Shown: positions 35,028-47,000 of the stretch, piece by piece | Position numbering within the stretch: the first letter of the stretch is position 1 | Layout: each line of letters starts with the position of its first letter | DNA from: Phoronis australis | Lineage: Eukaryota; Animalia; Phoronida | Reading direction: 5' to 3' | NCBI GenBank assembly: GCA_002633005.1 | Contig: NMRA01000226.1 | Location: 487,004 to 551,003 of the forward strand | Length of the DNA stretch: 64,000 bases | The notes under the pieces: generated by a model | What the model saw: only the letters and a program-made list of their open reading frames with translations | What the model was told of the DNA's origin: nothing | The model's database searches: none | Made by a program: the position numbers and the translations under genes

Positions 35028-37190
35028 TCAACACTGCCCCTCGACACACAGTAACTTGGCGCAATGGTAGCCGTTGATGTCGTCTTCACACTGTTCCGTA
35101 GGTGGGCATGGTGAACTAGCACATTCGTTGACCTCTCGTTCGCAGAATGTTCCAGTGAATCCCGGTAAACAGGCACACATGAAGTTGCCCGCCAGGTTGA
35201 AGCAGTGCGCGTGCATACCGCAGGGGGCGCTCTCACACTCGTCAATATCCAGTTCACAGTTCCATCCCTTGAAACCTGTCGCGCACGTGCACGTGTAGTA
35301 GCCGACCCTGTCCACGCACTCACCGCCATACATACATGGACCGCTTGCACATTCGTCAATCTCGTGTTCGCACAAGGGGCCGGAAAACCCGTTCATGCAC
35401 TCACACACAAAGCAGCCGATCTTGTTGATGCAGACAGCGTTGTTCTGACAGGGGGCGCTGCCACACTCGTCCATGTCAATCTGACAGTAAACTCCGCCAT
35501 AACCCTTAGCACAGTGGCAGCTGAACTCATTGTTACCATCTATGCATTCGCCGTTATTTTGACAAGGACAGCTCGCGCATTCGTCGATGTTCAATTGACA
35601 CTGAGAACCCTCGAATCCTGGGTCACATTTGCACGTGAAAGAGTTGGGCTGGTCCTGACAGAACCCGTGGTTGTTACAAGGAGCACTTTCGCATTCATTT
35701 ATGTCGTTGCCGCAGTTAAATCCTTTGAACCCTGCATCGCAAACACACTCGTACTGGTCTCGACCGTTGTTGCATTTACCATTTGGAGCACACGGGTTGC
35801 TGGCACATTCGTCTATATCCATTTGACATATGTCGCCAGTGAAGCCGGCAGGGCATTCACATTCGTACGCGTCGATATGATCGACACATAGCCCGTCATT
35901 TTGGCATGGGTTACTCAAACATTCGTCGATATTTGTCTCGCACATGAGCCCAGCATAACCTGGTTTACATGCACAGTCAAAACCTTTTCCATCGGAGACA
36001 CAGGTTCCCCCATTGCGGCAGTGCACGTCTTTGCACCGATTGACAACAATTTGGCAGCGGTTGCCGTTATAACCTGGCTGACAGGTACATATCATGATGG
36101 ACCCAACGTCGGTGCACCTTCCATCGTTCTGGCAAAACCCCGACGTGCATGAAGATGGTAAAGTATCTTGCTGTATTCCCGATTGCGATGCTATCTCCAC
36201 GGCTTTTCGAGCCAGTGCATTCTCAATGACAACATTTTCCTTTGTCTCTGGTGATGATTTCACTGTAGCCATAGCTACGGGTTGTATATGTACGACAGGT
36301 TCCTCTTGGGTTTGCACCTTCATGGCTAACCTTGAACTTATTTCCTTCTCTTTCTCGAGAGCCAACCGCTGTCTCTCTTCTGCGTCTGCTATAGCCTTTT
36401 CGATTTCCTGCTGTTTCTCTGCAAGTTGCTCAACGGCTTGCTCTTCAAAGAAAGTGCTTTCCACGTCATCTGAACTAACGCACCTCCCCTTGTCCGAGAC
36501 GTAGCCTTGAATGCACGCACACGAAAAACCACCTGCTACCAAATCGTTACAAACAGAATTAGGACCACATGGATTACGCCCGCTTTCGTCACAAACTTTT
36601 ATTCGTATTTCACAGTGGTCTCCTCGAAATCCAGATTCGCACTTACATTCTTGCTCATGTCTTCGAAACCTACGTCGCTTGGAAACTGCACAAAACCCGC
36701 CGTGTTGACAATGGTTGTGTCTCTTACAGCTTGCTATATTTCGTTCTAGGTTGTTTGTCCTGTATACCGAGTACATACCCTTTCCTCCGCAAATCTCATT
36801 GTTATCCCCTTGACAAAAGACAGAACAAAGATCACCATCGACCTTTTTAAGAAACGTGAAGGAGTTCGCTGTTGAACAACACCCACACCGATTACCCTCG
36901 GACAAAACTATGTAACGTTTGTTGAAGCAATGCATTGCGCACATCTCGACAGTCATGTCTACGCGTTGGATATGCTCAACAATCCCGGTTTCCAGTTCGT
37001 CATCGGAGTAAGACCCTTCTCCAAAAGCGTCAGCCAGAACGCATGCATACTTCTCGTACCTGATGGGCGTTTTACGTTTAGTCCTTCCAGAGGATAGTTT
37101 GCTGAAGGTGTGATTGGCAAAACTGGGGCGTCCGTCACAGACAACTGGGAAAACGACTTCAGCAATGGACATAATAAAATATGCCAACAT
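35028..37190 (-). CDS. Intronless, probably secreted WSC-domain + 12 EGF-like repeat protein (fibropellin/Notch-type EGF array), 720 aa
   Basis: In order: hydrophobic N-terminus; WSC-like domain (MTVEMCAMHC...RCGC...CSVFCQGDNNEICGG..MYSVY); 2 EGF repeats; acidic coiled-coil-like linker; 10 tandem EGF repeats, mostly calcium-binding type (DIDEC/NIDEC), the last atypical. No transmembrane segment. Confidence 0.92.
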   Translation of the reverse strand: MLAYFIMSIAEVVFPVVCDGRPSFANHTFSKLSSGRTKRKTPIRYEKYACVLADAFGEGSYSDDELETGIVEHIQRVDMTVEMCAMHCFNKRYIVLSEGNRCGCCSTANSFTFLKKVDGDLCSVFCQGDNNEICGGKGMYSVYRTNNLERNIASCKRHNHCQHGGFCAVSKRRRFRRHEQECKCESGFRGDHCEIRIKVCDESGRNPCGPNSVCNDLVAGGFSCACIQGYVSDKGRCVSSDDVESTFFEEQAVEQLAEKQQEIEKAIADAEERQRLALEKEKEISSRLAMKVQTQEEPVVHIQPVAMATVKSSPETKENVVIENALARKAVEIASQSGIQQDTLPSSCTSGFCQNDGRCTDVGSIMICTCQPGYNGNRCQIVVNRCKDVHCRNGGTCVSDGKGFDCACKPGYAGLMCETNIDECLSNPCQNDGLCVDHIDAYECECPAGFTGDICQMDIDECASNPCAPNGKCNNGRDQYECVCDAGFKGFNCGNDINECESAPCNNHGFCQDQPNSFTCKCDPGFEGSQCQLNIDECASCPCQNNGECIDGNNEFSCHCAKGYGGVYCQIDMDECGSAPCQNNAVCINKIGCFVCECMNGFSGPLCEHEIDECASGPCMYGGECVDRVGYYTCTCATGFKGWNCELDIDECESAPCGMHAHCFNLAGNFMCACLPGFTGTFCEREVNECASSPCPPTEQCEDDINGYHCAKLLCVEGQC

Positions 37191-40100
37191 CGCTTTTACA
37201 CTTTTATACGAGTCGCAAACATATCGCCACCTATTCGCCCTTGATCAAGCCATCACGTTGATTTTCATCTTACATCTTGGATCTTAGAATATAAATGTTG
37301 AAAAACATTGTGAGTATAAAAATCAACTACATCACCAGTTTCTTTGATCGCACGAAAAGCGCGCGTTTCTTATTTTAGAAATTAGCTTCAAACACGCGAC
37401 ACTTAGAAAAACAGAGATCAAAATTCAAGACTAAAAACAATAGCCGCAATCTGTTGAAGGCCGCGAGGCTGTATGACAACTGAACACCGGAGATGAAACG
37501 ATCTGCACTGCGTTAATGAGTACTGAGACGTACGACGGGGGACCCTTCTAGACGAAGCCGACATAGAATTTCGGCCAGAGGCTCAGGACGGGGAATACGT
37601 GACACCTTTTGATTTTGTGAAGTTTCGTCTGGGTGACCAGTCTTGTACGGACCTTCGATTTCATTTAAGGCTCGACAACTCGACTCTACCGGTTCCAGTC
37701 CAAGAACTGAAATGGAGAGTCTGTGAAATAAAAAAAAATCAATTGAAATGAAATTTAGCGCATGTACAAAAATCCGTAGAGTGTAAAATTTAGACGACAC
37801 TGACCGCCAACAAACCAGTGTACCCAGGAAATCCACTTGAATCGCAGTTGTACACCAATCACGTTCGCTGCGTATTAAAATTAAAAGTGGGACTTTCACG
37901 ACCGCGGTTGTTTGAGTTGTTCCTTGACCAGGATGAATTGCTGAGACTCCTGGCCGGGTACCGGAATTGTCCGAAGACACGACCAACTAACATGTTCAGT
38001 GTGCGTATACAAGAACATTTTCAGTTGCAAACGTTTACTTACTGAGAATGTGATATTTTAAACACAATTTCCCTGTTGCGGTACGGTGTTATAGGGTCAT
38101 TTAGGGGGGGGGGGCTCCCCCTAGAAAGACAAAACCAGCCTCGATTTCATGACCATGCGGGGGTTACCTTTCAAAAGTGTGAATGCCCTCCTAACAAATA
38201 TCCTAAATCAGACAGTAACCATTGATAATGAAGGTTACGAGAAGTTTCAATTTAAGCGATAGCTACAGTTTATATGCTCAAACATACACTGGAATTGACA
38301 TTTTGTGCTTGAGAATGGACGTTTTCAAAGATAAGCCCAGGGCTGGTGTGCAGAAAACTCCGGTATGGAAACCGACTTTTACTCAACAACGCCCTATGTT
38401 TACCAGCCTGGGTAAGGTAGAGTCGACCAAGTTTCTTGCAAGAAATGCAATATCCAGCAAAATCACGCGAGTGAAAGGCGAGTATTTTCCGAGAATGTTC
38501 AGAAGTATACTAGCCTTTCCAGGCAAAAAGGAAGACACTGATGTGATTGGTAGGTGTGGTTGGAATATTGAATTGTGGGATTGAATTAATACAGCATAGA
38601 GCCAACCTTCTTTACTCGAGGTCGTGGGTTCGTGTCCCACTGAGCCACACTGCTAGACCCTTGAGTCAGCTCGGTTTTAACTATATATTAATAAAGAACA
38701 AAAATAGTTACAGGTGGTCAATGCAATGGGTCCACATGCGCGGCCTGCGCACGTCTGGTACAACGTGTACCAAACCGCCTGCAATTACTACTTTTCAATA
38801 CAGTATAGAATTCACCCAGTGCTATATTTTGCCCTCAGTTCTAACTAGTTTGACCAAGCAATCACATAATCATAATGGGGCCAAAGTAGTAGTTGACTAG
38901 ACAAATACTCGTTTTCTTTCTGAAAGCTTTGGAATTGCGCTGTTGCAGCATGAAATATCAAGAGCACATTAACTATCAACTGTTAGTGAAGGCAATGTAC
39001 GATCTTATCCATAAGTAGATTTATTTACCCAAAGACCTACAAAACTATAGATTTTAACTCGGTAAAGGTATGCATTTTCTGAAACCAGACACCTTGTGTA
39101 TTTTGACTTTTCTAATCGGACATCAACTGAGTCATGCAACCATGTCTTTTTGTGAAATTTAGCAAAGTAAGTAAGGTACAGTCAAAAGAAAACAACACTG
39201 TCAATACGGAGGCCGAATTTCATTTAATGCAAGTTCAAGATGAAATTTCAAAAACGCTAGTAGTATTCTAATACTTCGTTCAATTTTTGTTTTAAGCAAA
39301 CTTGTTTTTTTTCATAAAAATAATAGAAGTCCTGTTTTTATAGCCCCTCGTGCAAAAGAGGGGCATTTTGGAAGCAATTATTAACAGCATTTTGTAGAAT
39401 AGAGTACATTAAACAATAGTATGTGCAAGTTTCGTATGAATCCGACCAATCATTTCGGAGATATGACGTTCCGAAGTTGGCCAGATTTGGATATTTTTTA
39501 GGGTCTTATATAACATTACCCTTAATTATCATGAGCGGATATTTGGAAAACGACCTTTCAAAAACATCAATTGATACGGAATATACGCCAGGAGGTCTTT
39601 TCAGAAAGGGGGGAGATGTTTTAAAGCAAATAATTGTAATAAATTATTATTTTTAGTTTTTTAAATAAACATCTTTTTTAATGTATGCAGTTGTCTCAAT
39701 ATTAAGAATTTCATTGGTCCATACATATATCGCATTCTAACAGTGCATTAAAACTGTCCTTCACACTGTATTGTTAGTTGACAACAAAGTCACCCAATAT
39801 CTCGTTACGTGAACGGCGTTTGAGTGAAATTCCGGTAATTGCTTGCTTAAATAAACAATATTCTACATCAGACAAATCCATAAGATTTTCAAAACATGCA
39901 AACAGTTACGGAGAATACTGCCTTTTGGATGGGCCTACTTCCAGAAATTCCTGCACAGTTTCAAACAAGAATACAGTACAAGGAGATCTTAACAATGCAG
40001 ATTGAATGTACTATAATCATGAAGTTTCATAGGCAGAGCCATGACTTTTGGAAGGATAAATGTCAGAAGCTATATTCACTCGTTAAATCAGTTGAATATT

Positions 40101-41036
40101 AATGATATAAATGCTGAATACGCATTCAACACAAACAATCCATATTTTAATAAATAATAATAACAATCTCAGTGTTCGCAAAGCGCTTCTAAAGCCATGC
40201 ACTTCTATACTAAGCATTGGACAGTGCCCACGTTTTAAGATTGGCAACAAAATTAATTTAGATTTCTTTTTTCTTCCTCAATATGACCAAGACCAAACTT
40301 GGTGAGGAAGGGGTGGTTTCAAGGAGAATCAAGAACAAACTCCACGGTGGATCTGGGTAAGAGTGGCTCATCAAGAAGGGAATTGACCCCTTGACCTCAT
40401 CTACTGGACACAGGCTACCCAATTCAAATCTACTGCATCCATCCCTATAGTAACACAGTTGGAGACAGTTGCGCAGTATGAAAATGACTACAAAATAACA
40501 GCACTAAACTAAATTACAGTAATTTTGCTATTAGTTTGTACACTCTTGTATTTTTTCTTAAATTTTGCTAAATATTTTGTAAGTATTTTCCTCACTGACT
40601 TGCACACTTTATTAAAATTCAGTTTGTAAAATAAATAAAAAACAAATAAATTTGCACAACGCGTGTTTACAGAAACATTAACTTTCAAAATTTTGTACAA
40701 ATTAACAGAAGAGTTACTGTGCTTATCACAGGACAATCAGCTCACCAGTTGACATGTTTCAACTTTTCACAACAATGCCATGCCCTTGATAAGGTTTGGG
40801 AACAAAATGCATAACATTTTTCAACATTCCAAAGGTGAACAGTAAAAGACTAAGTGCACTTGAGATATGATAAGATCCAATGTTCTTTCCTGGAGATCTA
40901 GAAACAATGTCACTGGACTATTTTCAGTTCACATCCGTGACACTTTATGCAGTTAATACAGGGCACACCCATTCTATCGATGTGATGACCAGATCGCTAT
41001 TGCACTGAAACTAGCAACACAACACAAACCAGACTG

Positions 41037-44000
41037 CTAACTTAGCTCAAATCCAGCACCTGATTCAATAGCATACAACAGTTTACTCCTCATTGTATCG
41101 TAGGTCTTGAATTCTGGTAGTTTTAACAGATTCATACAAGTGCTTGCAGTTGGAAGCCTCTCGGCGTTTTTCCCGCCATGATGAATACAAAATGCTGGGA
41201 ATAAATCCTGCACAGAGAACAAATTATGGTACAGTGAAAATATACCTCAAATATGACTTCTCTATAACACGAGACAAATTATGGTGTCTGTTGATAAGTA
41301 GCCTTTAATGTCATATTAGTTATTGCATTTCTCTAACAATGCCCCCACAAACAAATAAAAATGAAGTCAGAAAACCATTATGAAATCCACTAACTGCCCT
41401 TCTTTATGTTATTCCTTCCAGACCAAAATCTGTACCTCCAAGAGTGCTCCCTTCTAAGGCTGTAAACTAGTATGAAAACTATAAGACAGCACACAGGCCA
41501 TATTTCAAAGTTGGAAAATCGTTCACGTTTTTTTATCACCAACAAAGAGAACCAAATAATCCTTAACCTCAGAAATCTATCCACATTAAAAAAAAGTGGC
41601 ACTTAACTTTCCAGTGTTGATTAAGTAAACGAATGACCGTATTTATAAATTCTATTTACCACGAGTTTGAAGCAAAAAAATTGAGGAAAATGTAAGATAG
41701 TGACTCGTCAAATGTAAAATCTCAGCAGGGATGTAACAAACACGACAATTTGATTCACCCCCATCCAAGTCTACCCTACACGGTCAGCTACAAACACAAC
41801 AATATGCATTCTGACATCCCGACCTGGTATTATAAATTAAAAACAACATACCTTGAATCCTAGGAGGGGTGGTCTGGAACAACTTGTGACAAACTTAAGA
41901 AAGTGACTCCTCTGCTCGTCAGTAAATGACTGTAACACCTGCCAGAAGACGATGATGACGGGGTGGTCATCGTTGAAACCACCTGTAATGATGTCAACAG
42001 GTGACAAAGCAAAAGGTACAAACAGGATAGTTGAATTGATGTCATTAAATTCAAAGGCCGGCCACCATGGCCTAATGACATTAAACATTAGTTGAAGGAT
42101 TCTAGAACAATCCCGTATTACATGCAGTGATGGCATAAGTTCTTAATTTTGTCATTTACTTGAAAATGTTATTTTAACAGAAATTTGCCTTTCATTATCC
42201 TGAGCCCAATGCAAAACTCGGTGACAGAGAATTCTGTTGGCAATCAGCCATCATGATTGAGAATTCTGTTAGGAATCATGTCGAGAGGTTCTGCATCATT
42301 TTGGACCTGCCGTTATCAGTTTCACCTGGGCCCAGGGCCTAATCATTGAATTAGAAATCGGACCCAAAATTATTTTTGCATGCAAACTCAAGGCAAGTGC
42401 ATTATTCTGTACTCGAGTATGTTAAGGATTATGTGGATGACTGTCTAATCCTAGTTTGTACTTGGCGACCCCAGCATCAAAGGTATAAGGTAGAGTCTCA
42501 ACTCGAAATCTTAAGTTTTTACATAAAACTAAGGGTAATCAAGTGCTAATTATGACTTGGACCTTTAATATACCGATGCACAGAATAATAAACTCACATC
42601 TTTAGTTTGCACAAAATTAAACCAGAAAATGCCAAAAATTAAAATAGTTTTGAGTTCCGATTTCCCATAACCCCCTTAAAACTATGATATTACCTGAATA
42701 GTTAGTGTGTTTCCTCATGTCCACCAAATCGATGGAGATCTGAGCTCCTGAAATGAGCACCTGGAGCTCATTGTAGTCGAACATCCTCAGCCAGTCTAGG
42801 CTCACCACATCAGCAAGGCCTTGACGGAAGGCCATGGTGTGGGCACGAATCTGTTAACGAACAACCTCATGAGTAGTAATGTTATAAGGGGTAGCACATG
42901 CCACTCAATGGAAGCATTAATATCTTCGGTGCTGCACTAGCACGAGCCAATGTGTAGTTTTGTGAGGCTGCGACATTATTACACAAAAATACATTTGCCA
43001 AGGCAGAACTAACAATTGGAAATCCCCAGCCCAATTTCTTTTGAACGTCAATATGATGAAAATATTTAATATGCAGACACACCTTGCTGACCTACAAGTC
43101 TAAAACGATCAATAGATTTCTGAATCTGTGGATCAACTGAGCCATATCTACGGTGATTCATTACTCATTCAGCAAATAATATGGTCCACAAATAAAATTT
43201 TACATTGTCAAATCATCTGCCAAATTCATTAATAAACATATATGTTAAGAAATGTCAAGTCTACACTATTGTTGTGTGTACAATGCAGACCTCATAAAAC
43301 AACATTTGGCAAAGTTCCAACAATTTGCAGCAGGGTAATCAACCATGGAGAAATTGAAAAAAAGACAATTTTTGGAGGAACTAAGAGAATTACCATGCAG
43401 TAAAATGATCCCTGTCATTGGTTATCACACAAGGTGTATGCTAAGTTTTAAAGTGTTGTCAAGAAATGCTGTCACACATGGCAGTTGAATGTTGTTGCGG
43501 TTGAGTGGTATAATAATCCACAAACTACTACAGTTGCACCGCGGTACAACAAACCGACTTAACAACACTTCCTCCCCCACAGAGTTCCATTCCACAAGTC
43601 ACATAGAAACTGTGCTATGTGCAGCTTGATTGTGTCACAATGAACAAAGAACTTTGGTTGCAACGAATATTTTAGAAATGTATCAAGAGGGTTCGTTGTT
43701 ACGTGATTCGACTGTCGTAACTTGCATTTGATTTCTCTTTGCACCGAGGTACAACCCAGTAGGTGTCCTCTCATCAGAATGAATAACTTATGAATAAGTC
43801 GTAAATAAAACCACAAAGCACAGTCTGCTGGCCTTGGCATACTAGTCGTGTAAATAAACATTTGTGGGATGTCCATTTTTTCATGTTACAGAAGTATTGG
43901 AGACTTGGCACGTACAAACCCCAATGCTCACTATTTCCGCTATCTGAGCTGAGAGATTACGCCTATCATACCCAGCTCTGTATTGAATAAAACATTCAGT

Positions 44001-47000
44001 AACAAACCTGCTTATTCAGTTTATAATGAGCCACCAGGTGAACGTATTCTATACGGTTGTCATTGGTTACGTATTCTGATCGTCCGTCTGGTTTCAATTC
44101 TTTAACCTTTGTCTCACCAAACTCATTGTCAACGACAGTGAAGTCAAGGTCAAGGTTGGCCACATCCCCGTCATAGTTCTTCAAATACATCAGGTTTCTG
44201 CATAATGGAGAAAACAAAATGTCATTTAAAGAGAACAACATTTCGGCAGTCATCAACTAATAATTCTCAATTTGTACAAAATTGTGAAACAAGGTGTTTC
44301 TAATTAGCTTACAACACATTGCAACATCCCACGCCTTAAGACATTTGCCAAAAGCTTCTCTCTCATTAAAAATCACCCCATTTAGTAATTACTAACTATT
44401 AACTGTTCCTAACTTAATTTATTTTTTGTTCTTAAACAACAATCTTTGCACCTACACTTTAACAGTAACAGTCACTTACAGGGCCCAACATTTTAAGAAC
44501 CAGTTTTCTTTACTGAATATAAGGCACCAAACTGGTTCTCAAAATGTGGGACTCCTTTAAATGACTATTGCCGATTGTAAAATGAAGTGCCAATAAATAA
44601 AGGTCAAAGCCTCAATTGCGGGCTAAATTTGAAAGAGAAGGAACATAGTGATATCAGCGTGCAGACATTCACACCACATACTGCCTGCTGTGTTTATTTA
44701 GTTTATTTTCTGTTGCCTGTGGTATGCATAACAGAAAGTGAAATTTTGAAGAGATGGGCATTTAGGCGAATGTGGGCGTTAACCCACAAGAGCAAGATAT
44801 ATCAAACGGGCCACTGTTACTGAGTATAAACAAAAGATATGTCACAATAAATAAAGTCCAAATAGAATGGCTACTGATGGGTATTAGAGGAAATTTGTCA
44901 GCAATAATAGTTACGCAGGGTCAGCAATAACAGTAACGTAGGGTTTAAAATAACAGTAGCGTAGTGTTGAAAATAACAATAGCGTAGGGCATGCAGACAA
45001 GTCATGGATGTGACTCCACTCATTTAAATATTCACAAAATAAAATTTTAATTGTCTTCCACGTGAGCTATTCAAAACAAGGACGAGTCAAAGTTTACATA
45101 CTTGAACAGCTCGGGGTCAAGTGAAGCCAGGTGATGAATGTCAACGTCGCCTGAGTGATAACTCAACAACTTTGACAAGAAGAAGCTCGCAAATGGCAGC
45201 TCTATCAACATGTTCTCATACAATGCCTAGAAAACCAGAGTATAGATTTTACGAGACAGAAATGCACGGCATCAAAACAACAAAACCAACGGTAAATCTA
45301 AAGAAAAGCAAATTAAGTTGATTCCACTCTTTATCTCTGATTTATTTTGAAACCTGCACCAATTTCATGCTCGCTTATCCATTTTGCGTGACTTTGGCCA
45401 AAAGACATTTTTTAGTGTGGTGACCACATGCCGGGGTAGAGACCAGAACCAACTTGCTTTTTTGACCTCTTGAAATGAGACGATTTAATTCTAGACTTCC
45501 CACAGCAAGGTGTGGAGGCAGAATTTGTTGCATTAAACAATCTTAACCTTGCAGGGCCTTTGAGAGCATCATGCTTTAAAGATTTGACATGATAACTGAA
45601 GATGTAGCGGGTTGTTATTCTGCTACTAAACAGAATAATGTGACTAAATTAGGCGAAATATTAAAACCCAAAGTGATTGTGAAACATGAGTCATCAGAAG
45701 GTTATGTAAGCTTACATATCTTCAAACGATTCCACTAAAGTCATATGAATTCCACCGGTAGCAGATTCATGTTATTATTTGTGAGCCATGTGTTCTTGAA
45801 CAGTGTCCTGGATTTAAAGCTAGCACAAGTTGTAACTTTGTTACTTTTGAGCCAGTTTTGTGGCTTCAAGAACAAATTCTGATTTTTTTACAGTAACAGC
45901 AGATATGCCCAACAGAAATGCGGAAACAGTTAAAAATTCAAAATTATAATAATCAGACAGGATTGATTTGTAGCATGAGCCAACCAAACCCACAGAGGAA
46001 TTCTATGCTCAGCATGACGCTGTCTCCACTCTTACAAAAAACTGGGTAAAGTTGAAAAGTGTGCAAAATTAAAGAAATCGACTACGTGAATTGGGTTGAT
46101 TTTCAAATTCATCACATTTGCCTAATGAGTACACCATCTGACGACCCTTCACATCAGAAGTTCTACATACCTTGCCCAGCATGCGTCCAAGGAAGTAGTA
46201 ATGCTTGGTGAAGTCCTCAACCAATATGCGTGACTGAGGGTTGGGGTAGAGGAGGGAGTCGGTGGTGCAAGCGAAGAATCCACGGTTGGGGTCAAAGCCC
46301 GCCTTGAGCAGCTGTGAGAGGAACTCCCTGAAGACACCACCACCATCTATACCAGCCTCGTCCAGGCCGGCAGCATTCACCAGTTGGACTTGCATACGAA
46401 GACGAAGGTTGGGCTCTGGAAGGATTTTAAACAACTACAGCAGCAATCTTTGTGTATTTCAGCCTACTTAAAGTTGATGAATCCTTATTTTCTTAATTTT
46501 TGATTGGTTTTGGATTGTTTGTAATTGAAATCAGAGATTTTACCAGTTTTCAAAAGCTCTCTAGTTTTCCCAACACGTAGAAATCGCTGGGAGACAGATT
46601 AATTTTTTGTGACAATTGTTATAGATTGCAAGGATACGTGGCTTTCAAAATCAATCAACTTCAAAAATTTGAACAGGGATTATACTCTTAAACACAGAAA
46701 GCAGCACTTTGCCAGTAATCAAAGTGGCAATAAAATCGCATTCCGCAGAAGAAATTTAAATTAGATTTAGGCCATTTACCGCATCTATAAAATTGGTCTC
46801 AACTTGTTCCTCAATCAAACGAGATGAAATGATCTTTATTCTTGCTTAAGGATACGCTAGGCAAATAAAGTGTCACGCCGTGACAACCCAAATTCTAGAG
46901 CGTAATCTTAAGCAATAACAAACTGCATGCTGTGTCCAGGCCCAGTAATCATAATTAATTTGACAATGGAATAATAATTGGAGACCAGTTTCATAACTTA

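Noticed and set aside
35009-36850. Several overlapping or antisense ORFs (up to 228 aa) within the EGF gene
   Set aside because: Shadow ORFs caused by the codon structure of the real gene.
38595-38646. tRNA-like B-box segment GAGGTCGTGGGTTCGTGTCCCAC (similar weak signals near 26385 and 54660)
   Set aside because: No full cloverleaf; at most degraded SINE heads.
37513-38900. ORFs of 117-157 aa between the EGF gene and UBE3C
   Set aside because: Non-ATG starts, no recognisable motifs and no coherent splice structure.
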